Assembly (NCBI RefSeq): GCF_000195975.1 | Contig: NC_005070.1 | Span: 450,001 to 482,000 of the forward strand | Length of the DNA: 32,000 bases | Direction: 5' to 3' | Source: Parasynechococcus marenigrum WH 8102 | GTDB lineage: Bacteria > Cyanobacteriota > Cyanobacteriia > PCC-6307 > Cyanobiaceae | Position numbers and translations under genes: made by a program | Shown: one piece after another, positions 1 through 9,688 of the stretch | How positions within the stretch are numbered: the first letter of the stretch is position 1 | Layout of the letters: the number at the start of each line of letters is the position of its first letter | The notes under the pieces: model-generated | What the model saw: only the letters and a program-made list of their open reading frames with translations | The model's database searches: none | What the model was told of the DNA's origin: nothing

Positions 1-189
1 AGAATGCGGCCGGAGGGTTCAGAGGTGAATCGTTTGTTTGGTGATAACACCCTCTTGCGTCAGCTCACTGGATGGAAGCCGGTTTATGGCGGCCTCGATG
101 GCTTTCGACGTGGTTTGGCTCAAACCGCAGAATGGTTCAGTGATCCTGCCAACCTTGCGCGTTATCGCCCTGGCACTTATGCGGTCTGA
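1..189 (+). CDS. C-terminal fragment of an NAD-dependent sugar epimerase/dehydratase (gene runs off the 5' edge); LegB-type 4,6-dehydratase is a candidate by context only
   Basis: Frame 1 is open from nt 1 to TGA 187-189. Only 62 codons are visible. The gene lies 3 nt upstream of the sugar aminotransferase gene in the same operon-like string. Confidence 0.45.
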   Translation, partial: RMRPEGSEVNRLFGDNTLLRQLTGWKPVYGGLDGFRRGLAQTAEWFSDPANLARYRPGTYAV

Positions 190-192
190 GAC

Positions 193-1404
193 ATGACAAC
201 TCTTGGAGCTGCCAACGTGGATTCTGTTCTTGAGGCCATTCAACAGGTGGTGGGTCCCAGCTCAAAGGAGCATCCCATCAGCTTGCATGAACCTGATTTT
301 ACTGGCACCCAGGCCTGGGCCTACGTTAAGGAGTGCCTTGATTCCGGCTGGGTGAGCACAGCAGGCAGCTGGGTGAGTCGTTTTGAGGAAGAGCTGTGCA
401 CCTTTACTGGTGCAAGCCATGCGGTGGTTGTCAGCAATGGCACTGTCGCGCTGCGCTTGGCTCTGCATCTGGTGGGGGTTGGTTACAGCGATGAAGTGTT
501 GTTACCTCCGTTGAGTTTTGTTGCTACGGCCAATGCCGTTGCTCATCTGGGGGCTTTTCCTCATTTTGTTGACGTCGCGCCTAACGCGCTAGGGATGTGT
601 CCCATTTCCTTGGCTGCTCGTCTGGAGACCATTGCGGAGCGACGCGAAGACATTCTGGTGAATAGAGAAACAGGGCGTCGTATAGCTGCGGTGTTGCCTG
701 TGCATGTGTTCGGCCACCCGGCTGAGGTAGATCAGCTCCTGGCAGTGTCTGACTCCTGGGGGCTACCACTGGTTGAAGATGCTGCTGAAGCCCTCGCGAG
801 CTGGCGAGGAAGCACTCATTGCGGTCTCTTTGGGGCGGTGGGCACACTCAGCTTCAACGGAAACAAGTTGATTACAACTGGAGGTGGTGGTGCTCTGCTC
901 ACCAATGACGCCGACTTAGCCAAGCGTGCACGTCACTTGTCCACTACCGCAAAGCAGCCTCACCCTTGGGCTTTTGACCACGACGCCATCGGCTGGAATG
1001 ACCGACTGCCCAACCTCAATGCCGCACTTGGTGTAGCCCAGCTAGAGGATTTGGATCGTCGGCTTGATGCCAAACGTCAGCTTGCTCAGCGCTATGCAGA
1101 TGCCTTTGCTGATTTGGAGGGTGTGGAGTTGGTGGCCGAACCAACAGATTGCATCAGTAACCATTGGTTGGTGAGCTTACGCTTTACGGCAGAAGATCCA
1201 CGAGCTGTACAAGCTGAGCGGTTGCAGCTACTCGAACGTGCACACTCAGTAGGTCTGTTGCTGCGCCCAATCTGGACCCCATTGCATCAGCTCCCCATTT
1301 ACGAGGCTTGCCCTGCAGGATCACTTGTTGTGTCCGAGAACCTGGCACCGCGTCTCGTCAACCTGCCAAGTAGCCCTCAGCTCCTGGACGGATGTGCGGC
1401 ATGA
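193..1404 (+). CDS. DegT/DnrJ/EryC1/StrS-family PLP-dependent sugar aminotransferase (LegC/PglE-like)
   Basis: 403-aa ORF with family-typical segments VVVSNGTVALRLAL and LSFNGNKLITTGGGGAL (Schiff-base Lys context). Its stop overlaps the next start (ATGA at 1401-1404). Confidence 0.85.
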   Translation: MTTLGAANVDSVLEAIQQVVGPSSKEHPISLHEPDFTGTQAWAYVKECLDSGWVSTAGSWVSRFEEELCTFTGASHAVVVSNGTVALRLALHLVGVGYSDEVLLPPLSFVATANAVAHLGAFPHFVDVAPNALGMCPISLAARLETIAERREDILVNRETGRRIAAVLPVHVFGHPAEVDQLLAVSDSWGLPLVEDAAEALASWRGSTHCGLFGAVGTLSFNGNKLITTGGGGALLTNDADLAKRARHLSTTAKQPHPWAFDHDAIGWNDRLPNLNAALGVAQLEDLDRRLDAKRQLAQRYADAFADLEGVELVAEPTDCISNHWLVSLRFTAEDPRAVQAERLQLLERAHSVGLLLRPIWTPLHQLPIYEACPAGSLVVSENLAPRLVNLPSSPQLLDGCAA

Positions 1405-2000
1405 AGCAGCTTCTGCTGATTGGTTGCGGTGGCCATGCTCGATCACTCATTGAGCTGATTGAATCGTCTTCGGAGTGGCAGATATATGGGTTGGTGGGAT
1501 TGCCAGAGCAGGTTGGTCGTCGAGTTCTCGGTTACCCGGTGATTGGCTGTGATGACGACTTACCATCGCTGCGTGAGAAATGCTCGGCTGCGGTGTTGGC
1601 GATCGGTCAGGTACCAGATGCTGCTCCACGTGTTCGCCTTGCCGAACAGCTTGATCAGTTTGGTTTTCAATTCCCTGTTTTGATATCACCCCATGCGGTG
1701 GTTAGCAGTCATGTGCAGCTTGGCCTTGGAACTACCTTGGGCCATGGTGTGATCGTGAATGCAGGCGCGGTTATCGGTGATCATTGCATCATTAATAGTC
1801 GCGCATTGGTTGAACACGATGTGCAAATAGGTCATCACTGTCATATAAGCACCGGAGTTTTGGTTAATGGAGGAGTACAGATTGGATCCGAAAGCTTCAT
1901 TGGCAGTGGTGCCATTATTCGAGAAGGGCTGATTTTGCCTCCCCTATCGGTGATTGGGGCCGGTAAACGCGTTATGGGTTGGCCTTTAAGGGATCAATGA
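1401..2000 (+). CDS. NeuD/PglD-family sugar N-acetyltransferase (left-handed beta-helix, hexapeptide repeats; LegH-like)
   Basis: The N-terminus MKQLLLIGCGGHARSLIELI is a Rossmann-like NeuD/PglD start. The C-terminal half has hexapeptide repeats (GHGVIVNAGAVIGDHCIINSRALVEHDVQIGHHCHISTG). I chose the ATG at 1401 (ATGA overlap with the upstream stop) over the track start at 1392. Confidence 0.8.
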   Translation: MKQLLLIGCGGHARSLIELIESSSEWQIYGLVGLPEQVGRRVLGYPVIGCDDDLPSLREKCSAAVLAIGQVPDAAPRVRLAEQLDQFGFQFPVLISPHAVVSSHVQLGLGTTLGHGVIVNAGAVIGDHCIINSRALVEHDVQIGHHCHISTGVLVNGGVQIGSESFIGSGAIIREGLILPPLSVIGAGKRVMGWPLRDQ

Positions 2001-3007
2001 AAACAATGCAAAAGACCCTTGTGATTGCTGAAGCAGGTGTGAATCACAATGGTGATTTGCAGCTAGCAAAGAGCCTTATCGATGTTGCTAGAGATGCTGG
2101 CGCTGATGTCGTGAAGTTCCAGACCTTTCAAGCGAGTCAACTGGCTACTCAGCATGCAGAGCAGGCGGCTTACCAGCAGAAGGCCCTCGATAGCTCTGAG
2201 GGCCAATTAGCGATGTTGAAGCGCCTTGAACTTCATCCAGAGCACCATGTTGAATTGATTGAATATTGCATGCAGAAAAATATTGAATTTCTTTCTACTG
2301 CTTTTGACATTTCAAGTATCGGGCTACTGGCAACCCTGAAGCCCAAACGTTGGAAGGTGCCCTCGGGGGAAATCACCAATCTTCCTTATTTGCGTAAGAT
2401 CGGTCGACAGGGCCAGCCTGTCATACTTTCAACCGGTATGGCTAATCTTGGCGAGATTGAAGCCGCTCTTTCGGTGCTGGAACAGGCTGGTACATTCCGC
2501 AGCATGATCACCGTGTTGCACTGCACTACTGAATACCCTGCACCAGTTGAGCAGGTGAACCTCCGAGCTATGAATTCGATCTCTCAAGCCTTCGACGTTG
2601 CTGTGGGCTATTCCGACCATACCAGTGGCATTTCAGTTCCTATTGCTGCGGTGGCGATGGGCGCAGTATTGATCGAGAAGCATCTCACCCTCAATCGCAC
2701 CCTGCCGGGACCTGATCACAAGGCCAGCCTTGAACCCGATCAGTTTGCTGCCATGGTGCAAGGTATTCGCACAATTGAGCAGGCTCTGGGTGATGGGATC
2801 AAGCGTCCTACGCCTAGTGAGCAATCGAACTTACCGGTGGTACGCAAATCGCTTGTAGCAGCTTGTCCGATTCGAGCTGGAGAGATATTTAGTGAAAATA
2901 ATCTAACTGCCAAGCGCCCCGGCACAGGTATTTCTCCGATTCATTGGGATGCCTGGATCGGCCGAAAGGCTTCCAGAGACTTTGCTGAGGATGAGATGAT
3001 CGAATGA
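1997..3007 (+). CDS. neuB: NeuB-family nonulosonic acid synthase (N-acetylneuraminate/legionaminate synthase) with C-terminal SAF domain
   Basis: VIAEAGVNHNGDL...DVVKFQTF N-terminal signature, internal HCTTEYP and SDHT motifs, and a SAF-like C-terminus (PIRAGEIFSENNLTAKRPGTGISP). I chose the ATG at 1997 because it forms an ATGA overlap with the upstream stop; the track start at 1979 is a TTG. Confidence 0.9.
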   Translation: MKTMQKTLVIAEAGVNHNGDLQLAKSLIDVARDAGADVVKFQTFQASQLATQHAEQAAYQQKALDSSEGQLAMLKRLELHPEHHVELIEYCMQKNIEFLSTAFDISSIGLLATLKPKRWKVPSGEITNLPYLRKIGRQGQPVILSTGMANLGEIEAALSVLEQAGTFRSMITVLHCTTEYPAPVEQVNLRAMNSISQAFDVAVGYSDHTSGISVPIAAVAMGAVLIEKHLTLNRTLPGPDHKASLEPDQFAAMVQGIRTIEQALGDGIKRPTPSEQSNLPVVRKSLVAACPIRAGEIFSENNLTAKRPGTGISPIHWDAWIGRKASRDFAEDEMIE

Positions 3008-4176
3008 GTACCGTCCGGCGCAAAATTGGTGTTGTTACAGGTACACGTGCCGAATATGGTCTTCTGCGCTGGGTGATGCAGGGTATCAAGGATTCTGAGT
3101 TGCTCGACTTGCAGCTCATCGTGACCGGTATGCACCTATCCCCAGAGTTCGGTCTTACGGTGAAGGATATCGAAGCCGATGGGTTCAGCATCGACCGCAA
3201 GGTTGAGATGTTGCTTAGCTCCGACACTCCAACTGGTATCACGAAGTCAATCGGTTTGGGCATGATTGGTTTTGCGGATGCACTCACGGAGCTTCAGCCA
3301 GATCTGCTTGTCGTGCTTGGCGACCGCTATGAGATTCTCGCCGCTGCTTCAGCCGCGTTGATTGCACGTGTACCTATTGCTCATATTCATGGCGGTGAGC
3401 TTACCGAAGGCGCTTTTGATGATGCGATTCGTCATTCGGTTACTAAGATGGCGAATCTTCATTTTGTTGCGGCTGAAGAATATCTTAAAAGAGTGATTCA
3501 GCTAGGTGAACAACCTGAGACTGTTTACAATGTCGGCGGTCTTGGTATAGACAATATCCTTAGACTTACACTTTTGACGCGTACTCAATTAGAGAAAGAG
3601 ATTGATTTCAAGTTGTCGAAACGTAATCTTTTGATTACGTTTCATCCCGTCACTCTCGAGAGCGATTCTACTGCTGATCAGATGGAAGAGCTATTGGCTG
3701 CTTTAGAGAAATTAGATGATATTGGTCTGATTTTCACCATGCCGAATGCTGATACTGACGGGCGCAATTTATTTAAGCAGATTAATGCTTTTTGTGAATC
3801 GCACCCTATGGCTCGCGCTTATACCTCACTTGGTCAGTTGAGATATCTCTCTTGTATTAAGCATGTGGATGGCGTGATCGGTAACTCCTCTAGTGGGCTT
3901 ACTGAAGTACCTAGTTTTCGCAAAGGTACCTTAAACATCGGTGATCGCCAACGAGGTCGTCTTTGCGCTGCGAGTGTGATTAATTGTCCGGCTGATCATG
4001 TGTCAATCTCAGAATCCATTCAGCGCATATTCTCCCCTTCGTTCTTGTCCACTTTGCCGACGGTGAAGAATCCATATGGAGATGGAGGCGCAAGCGAAGC
4101 TATTGTTAAAGTGATTGAGCAGCGAGAGTTCACCAATCTTCTAAAAAAAAGCTTTTTTGATTTTAGCTGCCTATGA
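3004..4176 (+). CDS. neuC: NeuC-family hydrolysing nucleotide-sugar 2-epimerase (LegG/NeuC-like)
   Basis: 390-aa ORF with TGTRAEYGLL...VVLGDRYE...HIHGGE...GNSSSG motifs typical of hydrolysing UDP-GlcNAc 2-epimerases. ATGA overlap with neuB. GC drops part-way through the gene (about nt 3400). Confidence 0.85.
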   Translation: MSTVRRKIGVVTGTRAEYGLLRWVMQGIKDSELLDLQLIVTGMHLSPEFGLTVKDIEADGFSIDRKVEMLLSSDTPTGITKSIGLGMIGFADALTELQPDLLVVLGDRYEILAAASAALIARVPIAHIHGGELTEGAFDDAIRHSVTKMANLHFVAAEEYLKRVIQLGEQPETVYNVGGLGIDNILRLTLLTRTQLEKEIDFKLSKRNLLITFHPVTLESDSTADQMEELLAALEKLDDIGLIFTMPNADTDGRNLFKQINAFCESHPMARAYTSLGQLRYLSCIKHVDGVIGNSSSGLTEVPSFRKGTLNIGDRQRGRLCAASVINCPADHVSISESIQRIFSPSFLSTLPTVKNPYGDGGASEAIVKVIEQREFTNLLKKSFFDFSCL

Positions 4177-4507
4177 AATGCCTTTTAAAACATTTTATTT
4201 TTTAGCGTCTCTTATTTTATTTATATTTTAACGACTTAGAACTCTCATTGTATACCAGGCTCCAATATTATCTTCTATTTCTATCTTTGCATTTGATTTT
4301 CCACCCGAGTGCTTTTGTCACAATTCACAGGGTAGAATAAAGTTGCGTCCGACTACTTTGTGCCTCTTTATTGTCTCGCATAAGTCTCGCAATTTCTATT
4401 GATTCACTGAACCCATAATACCTCACGTTTTTAAGAAAACTTCTTTATTTAGCCACCATTTCGAGGTTTTCAAATCTTTACTTTCTGGCTACACTCTGAC
4501 AAGAACC

Positions 4508-5133
4508 TTGATGGATCTTGAAGCCAGATCATTCCCTCTTTCTGGCAATATATTAGATGTTGGCTCAAAATCAAACAAGGCATCTTATTATGACAAAATA
4601 GATATAAATTGCTTACAAATAACCTTTTCGGACACAAATCCTCAAGGCGAAGGTCTAATCAAGCTTGATTTTGAACACAAGCTTCCGATTTGAGATGATT
4701 ATTTAGATTGTGTGATTGCCATGAATATTCTTGAGCATGTTTATAACTATAATCTTTTTCTTCCGGAAGTTTATCGTATTCTCAAGCCTGATGGCATCTT
4801 AGTGGGTTGTGTTCCATTCCTTATCCCTTATCATGCTGTTCCTGATGATTACTTTAGATATACTCATTCATCACTCGAGAGAATATTACGTCAAACTGGC
4901 TTTGACAATGTAAAATAACTAAACTTGGTGAAGGCGGTTTGGCTTGTGGTGTTGACCTGCTGTATACCTATTATCCAAATACCAGTCGGGTCACTCTTAA
5001 GCTCCGTCCTTTTCATTATATCACTGCATGCTTGCTGTACACATTAAATATCTTATTGCTTAAATTCGGCTTAAGTCAATTTAGTAAAAAAGGTGGAGCT
5101 TATCTCGCTTTATCTTTTAAAGCCCAAAAGTAA
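4508..5133 (+). pseudogene. Degraded class I SAM-dependent methyltransferase (Methyltransf_11-like)
   Basis: Three track ORFs form one gene. ILDVGSKSN (motif I-like) is followed by ...KLPI, an in-frame TGA at 4691-4693, then DDYLDCVIAMNILEHV...LKPDGILV. The frame ends at TAA 4916-4918 and continues in the -1-shifted frame as ITKLGEGGLACGVDLL... to 5133. Confidence 0.7.
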
Positions 5134-5311
5134 CAATTAAGCTTAAGAAGAATCTGGAAACGTGCTACTATATTCCAAGTCAATTATTAATACTTTATCG
5201 ACACGTATTGCATTCGCCATTTACTTCAACCAAGTATAATTATTCGTACAGAAGTAATTGACGCCTTTCCAACCCAATCTCTCCGTTTAGTCGTTCGTAC
5301 GTAATTTACCA

Positions 5312-6370
5312 ATGTCTCAATCTGCTTGCTCTGTTTTTGATTGGTCAAAGGTCCTTATATCGGAAGATTTATCATTCAATGATGCTTTAAAAGTCTTAAG
5401 TGCAGGTGGCTACCAAATTGCCCTCGTTCAAAAGGCCAATGGCCGTGTGGCAGGTATTGTTACGGATAGTGATGTCCGTAAGGCATTGCTTCGTGGTGTT
5501 CGATTAGACGATACGGTCTCATTAGTTATGAATACGGATCCTAAAGTGATTTTGTCTCGATCTATTCCGCACGATATTAATGGTTTAATGAAAAATCAAA
5601 ACGTTTTTCATCTTCCCATCGTTGATGATCAGAACCGATTTGAAGGTCTTTATATTGCTCCTCAACTTAATCCCAAAAAATATAATCCCGAAACCATTGT
5701 CATTATGGCGGGAGGGAAAGGTAAACGGTTGATGCCGTTGACTGCCAATACTCCTAAACCAATGCTACCTGTTCATGGAAAACCAATGCTTGAACATATT
5801 CTTGATCGGTTACGAGAAGATGGTTTTAAGAATGTTATTATCTCTGTCAATTATCTTTCAGAACGCATAACTAGCTATTTTCAAGATGGATCCAAATTTG
5901 ACATGAATATTAGTTACCTTTATGAAGATAAACCTTTGGGTACAGCGGGTGCTCTCAGTGGCCTGGATTCAAAGACAAGAGAAAATCCTGTTATAGTTAC
6001 TAATGCAGATATTCTTTCAGGAATTTCTTACTCAGACTTGCTAATATATTTTAGGCGAAATACATCCAATGGATTAATGGCTGTGCGTACTCAAGAGTGG
6101 CAAAACCCTTTTGGCGTTGTTCAATCAAATGGTAGCCATATCACAAATATTATTGAAAAGCCTACACATTATTATCAGGTTAATGCAGGGCTATATGTTC
6201 TCGACAATAAGTTACTTGACCTCCTTACTCCTAACAGCTACTGTGACATGCCCGATCTTTTTAGGATGGGTTTAGAAATTAATTTAAATTTGCAGGTTTA
6301 TCCTCTCCATGAGCAGTGGCTTGATATTGGCAGACCTAAGGACTATGATATTGCCAATAAAGAATCTTAG
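5312..6370 (+). CDS. CBS-pair + sugar-phosphate nucleotidyltransferase (PtmE-like, candidate GlcN/GlcNAc-1-P guanylyl/nucleotidyl-transferase)
   Basis: N-terminal tandem CBS-like segments (VAGIVTDSDVRKALL...FHLPIVDD) are followed by IVIMAGGKGKRLMPLTANTPKPMLPV, the NTP-transferase G-x-G-x-R-L loop. Confidence 0.8.
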   Translation: MSQSACSVFDWSKVLISEDLSFNDALKVLSAGGYQIALVQKANGRVAGIVTDSDVRKALLRGVRLDDTVSLVMNTDPKVILSRSIPHDINGLMKNQNVFHLPIVDDQNRFEGLYIAPQLNPKKYNPETIVIMAGGKGKRLMPLTANTPKPMLPVHGKPMLEHILDRLREDGFKNVIISVNYLSERITSYFQDGSKFDMNISYLYEDKPLGTAGALSGLDSKTRENPVIVTNADILSGISYSDLLIYFRRNTSNGLMAVRTQEWQNPFGVVQSNGSHITNIIEKPTHYYQVNAGLYVLDNKLLDLLTPNSYCDMPDLFRMGLEINLNLQVYPLHEQWLDIGRPKDYDIANKES

Positions 6371-6474
6371 CTAAATGTTTTTCTATCCACTCTTGTCTTA
6401 TGCGATCAAATCGCGTTTCTAATTCTGTTAATCATATACATCACCAATTTATACCCAAATTATTTTAATTATTT

Positions 6475-6978
6475 TTGGTTTCCCCTAATCCTTTCATGAT
6501 TGATTTCTTTGGGGTTTTTCTTTTTCTATTTAGAGAGCTATACAATGTGTTTAAGCTGATGATACGAAGATATCGTATATTCAGATATGCACATCATACG
6601 AATTCATCCCTTTCCTTGGATCTTGTTGTAACCGGAGCCTTTTCTGACCTTAAGATCGGACAAGGCTCTAGAATAAACGGTAACTCACAATTTCGAAATA
6701 TGGATGGTTCACAAATTATTATTGGTTCAAACGTGTTCTGTGGAAGTGGTCTCATACTTATTGCGCATACATACCAACGAAATTCAGATTCTTCACGTTC
6801 TGATATTATGATTTCTTCTTCAGTCACTATTTCTGACGATGTTTGGATTGGATCGAGAGTCATTGTCTTGCCAAATGTCCATATTGGAAAGGGCGCGATT
6901 ATTGGTGCTGGTTCAGTAGTTACTAAAGATGTAGAGAGCTTTTCAACTGTTGCTGGTATACCAGCTAAACCACTATGA
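6475..6978 (+). CDS. Hexapeptide-repeat O-acetyltransferase (LacA/WbbJ-like)
   Basis: C-terminal [51 protein letters not shown] is a classic LbH acetyltransferase end. The start is uncertain: the track start is a TTG, and an ATG follows at 6496. Confidence 0.75.
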   Translation: MVSPNPFMIDFFGVFLFLFRELYNVFKLMIRRYRIFRYAHHTNSSLSLDLVVTGAFSDLKIGQGSRINGNSQFRNMDGSQIIIGSNVFCGSGLILIAHTYQRNSDSSRSDIMISSSVTISDDVWIGSRVIVLPNVHIGKGAIIGAGSVVTKDVESFSTVAGIPAKPL

Positions 6979-7904
6979 AATCCTCACTCCCTTCTCAAAA
7001 GTTATCAGCAGACTATCCTCTTAGTCTTGTTGGAAGACTCACTTGGTTTTATATTAATCTATTATCTAATATAATTTCTCTTCCACAGTTCATTAATTCT
7101 CCGTGTTATTTATTCAATTTCTCTTTGCCATCTTTACAGTCTTTTCTCTTTAATAGTTTAGATTCAGCAAAAAGTCCTTCTCGTTTCTTGTGCGAGGAGT
7201 ATCTGTTTAGGGAATTTGTTACCCTATTTAGAAATTCCTCCAAATCTAATATTCAAGTTTACGATTTTGGTTGTGGTGGTTCATCCATTCTTGAGATCAT
7301 TGACAAAGCATACACTTATGTTTTTAACACTGACGACAATACAAAAGTGACCTACATTGGTTATGATCCCTATCTTCCCAGTTTAAACTTCAATAAATCT
7401 CCAGGCTGGCTTGTTATTAATCGTTCATCTGATTTCTCGCCTGATTATATGAAGAATGAATCAATCGATATCGACTTGTCTGTTTCTTTTTCAGTCTTAG
7501 AACATGTTTATGATGATATTAAGCAACTTAATCTTATTGCAACTTTTAGCTCATGTCAGCTTCATTTTGTACCCTCGTGGTGTTGCTTGTTTGTCTATTT
7601 ATGGCATGGCTATCGTATTTATAATCCTTTTATTCTAAGACGTTTGTTTTTGAATCTTTCAGAAGGCTTAGAATTAAAAGTATATTCGATTGGATCCTTA
7701 AGCGCATCTTTTACCTATATAGTATTTACTTTAATCCCTCAAGTCTTATTCTTTATTCTCAAAAAAGTCCTCCATATTCATATTTATAAAGATGTTGTTC
7801 GATTAAGGTTTAAATATCTTTACCGTTATTTTCTGTCTAAATCGGTATTGAATGCCATTAATTCCCGGTTTTTTCCTTCATTTCTTCTTCTTAAAATAGC
7901 TTAA
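6975..7904 (+). CDS. Putative SAM-dependent methyltransferase with hydrophobic C-terminal tail
   Basis: [14 protein letters not shown] (motif I-like) and [14 protein letters not shown] overlap with the upstream stop. The family assignment rests on motifs only. Confidence 0.5.
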   Translation: MKSSLPSQKLSADYPLSLVGRLTWFYINLLSNIISLPQFINSPCYLFNFSLPSLQSFLFNSLDSAKSPSRFLCEEYLFREFVTLFRNSSKSNIQVYDFGCGGSSILEIIDKAYTYVFNTDDNTKVTYIGYDPYLPSLNFNKSPGWLVINRSSDFSPDYMKNESIDIDLSVSFSVLEHVYDDIKQLNLIATFSSCQLHFVPSWCCLFVYLWHGYRIYNPFILRRLFLNLSEGLELKVYSIGSLSASFTYIVFTLIPQVLFFILKKVLHIHIYKDVVRLRFKYLYRYFLSKSVLNAINSRFFPSFLLLKIA

Positions 7905-7908
7905 ACGT

Positions 7909-8811
7909 ATGTCATCGTTAAATCACCTTGTTACTGTCATCATAACTACATATAAACGACCTGATTTACTTAGAAGATCTATATCCTCAGTCCTGAATCA
8001 AACCTATTCCAATCTTCAAATAGTAGTTGTCAACGATGATCCCGAATCCAGTTACTCTAATACTGACTTTTCTGTTTGGGACGATAGTAGACTTCAATTC
8101 ATAAATCACTCTGTCAATAAGGGGGTCTCTTTTGCAAGAAACACTGGCCTTAATCATTCAATCGGTGATTTCATTTGTTTTTTAGACGATGATGATATTT
8201 GGCTTGCTGATAAGGTTGAGAAACAGCTTCGCATCTTAGCCAAAACACCCCTTTATATTGGATTTACATATTGTTGGTCGTATGTTCTTGATGCCTCTAA
8301 CAATGTCACATCACATATATCTCCTAATATATCCGGTAACATCTTTGACTTAATGCTTCTCCGTCAATGCATTCCCAATATATCGACGATAATGATTAAG
8401 TCATATGTTCTTAATGAGGTTAGTGGCTTCGAAGTCAGTTTAATGCGTGGTAACGACTCTGATTTTCTTCGCAAGCTATCTTTCTTTTATCATGTAATTC
8501 CAACTCAGGAATTTCTGGTTTATTATAGTGACTCACCCCTTTACCAACGTATAACTAATTTTTCCCGGGGTGGTCTCACGAAATCCCTTGCTAGTCTTGA
8601 GTATCGGAAGGATCGTTTCAAACATGAATTATCATTTCGTCCCTACACAAGAAACTTTTTAGACGTTCAGCTCATGTCCATATACTTTCATAGTAACCAA
8701 TATATTAAGGGCTTCAAGATTTTTACCTTTGCAGTATTATTTTATGCTGGCTTGCAATTGAGATTGTTTTATAGACTTATAATCGGCTGTACCAGTTTTC
8801 CTCATGATTGA
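7909..8811 (+). CDS. Glycosyltransferase family 2
   Basis: VTVIITTYKRPDLLRRSISSVLNQTY...IVVVNDDP...FLDDDDIW (GT-A fold, DxD). Confidence 0.85.
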   Translation: MSSLNHLVTVIITTYKRPDLLRRSISSVLNQTYSNLQIVVVNDDPESSYSNTDFSVWDDSRLQFINHSVNKGVSFARNTGLNHSIGDFICFLDDDDIWLADKVEKQLRILAKTPLYIGFTYCWSYVLDASNNVTSHISPNISGNIFDLMLLRQCIPNISTIMIKSYVLNEVSGFEVSLMRGNDSDFLRKLSFFYHVIPTQEFLVYYSDSPLYQRITNFSRGGLTKSLASLEYRKDRFKHELSFRPYTRNFLDVQLMSIYFHSNQYIKGFKIFTFAVLFYAGLQLRLFYRLIIGCTSFPHD

Positions 8812-9688
8812 CATCACTGTTTGCATCGTAACTTTTAATCGCTCACATTTGTTAGACGATTGCATCAATTCTGTTTTGAGTAATAAAGTACCCTCTGATT
8901 TTATACACGTAATAGATAACTCAACATCTTCTGTCCACCTTTATGTCAATAGTTTAATAGCAAATTCATACAATGTTCTATATTTCCAATCACCTGTCCC
9001 GGGTAATTTGTCAACCGCTCGAAATCTTAGCATCAGTAATACTGCCTCCACATTTTGGACTTTTGTTGATGATGACGATCGATGGCCATCTAACTATCTT
9101 GAATCAATAGATAAGATTAAGGATATGAACTCTGCTTCAGTTATTCTCACTTATGGTCAGCCTTATCATAACTCTTCTTATCCATTTGATTTGGTCGATA
9201 CTTTACACTCAGCATTTTTGCTGGGACTCACCCCACCGGTCGGCATGCAAGTCTATAATTTAAAAAAGCTTCTGCCTAGTCTCAGATACTCTGAACAAAT
9301 AAAATCTGGAGTTGATCATGACCTTTGGATTTCTCTTTTAGAAGCAACTCCTTCAGTCTATGTCAACCGTTTGCCATTTAATATAATTTCAGTTCCCTCT
9401 CAAAGTCGCATTACACAGTCATATTCGTCTAGAAAAAGGAATATATCAAAATCTCTTAAATTATGGCGGGGGACTCTAAACGATCAGTTTGGCATCCATT
9501 TTTTTAATCATTTTTGTCGTTGTTACCAAACATCTCTTGATGATTTATTATATTCAAAGATCTTGAAAGGCCATTGGCAGCTCCTTTTATACTTTAACCT
9601 GTTTTACTTCTTGATGTTTATTGTGAGGCGTTTGTCCCTTCGCTTAGTGAGTAATTTTTTGATGTTTGTACCTTATAACTCAAAATGA
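8804..9688 (+). CDS. Glycosyltransferase family 2
   Basis: ITVCIVTFNRSHLLDDCINSVL...HVIDNSTS...FVDDDDRW. 8-nt overlap with the upstream gene. Confidence 0.8.
   Translation: MIDITVCIVTFNRSHLLDDCINSVLSNKVPSDFIHVIDNSTSSVHLYVNSLIANSYNVLYFQSPVPGNLSTARNLSISNTASTFWTFVDDDDRWPSNYLESIDKIKDMNSASVILTYGQPYHNSSYPFDLVDTLHSAFLLGLTPPVGMQVYNLKKLLPSLRYSEQIKSGVDHDLWISLLEATPSVYVNRLPFNIISVPSQSRITQSYSSRKRNISKSLKLWRGTLNDQFGIHFFNHFCRCYQTSLDDLLYSKILKGHWQLLLYFNLFYFLMFIVRRLSLRLVSNFLMFVPYNSK

Noticed and set aside
4143-4158. A8-GC-T6 palindrome as a terminator or phase-variation tract
   Set aside because: It lies inside the last 12 codons of neuC (LLKKSFFDF). The two arms are separated by only 2 nt, so it cannot form a real hairpin. 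It is no longer than other homopolymer runs in this AT-rich DNA.
4400-4693. Idea that the in-frame TGA codons in the methyltransferase reflect a donor with TGA recoding (code 4/25) or selenocysteine
   Set aside because: Neighbouring cassette genes terminate at TGA (6976-6978, 8809-8811, 9686-9688), often in ATGA overlaps. The same gene also carries a frameshift. Ordinary pseudogenisation is simpler.
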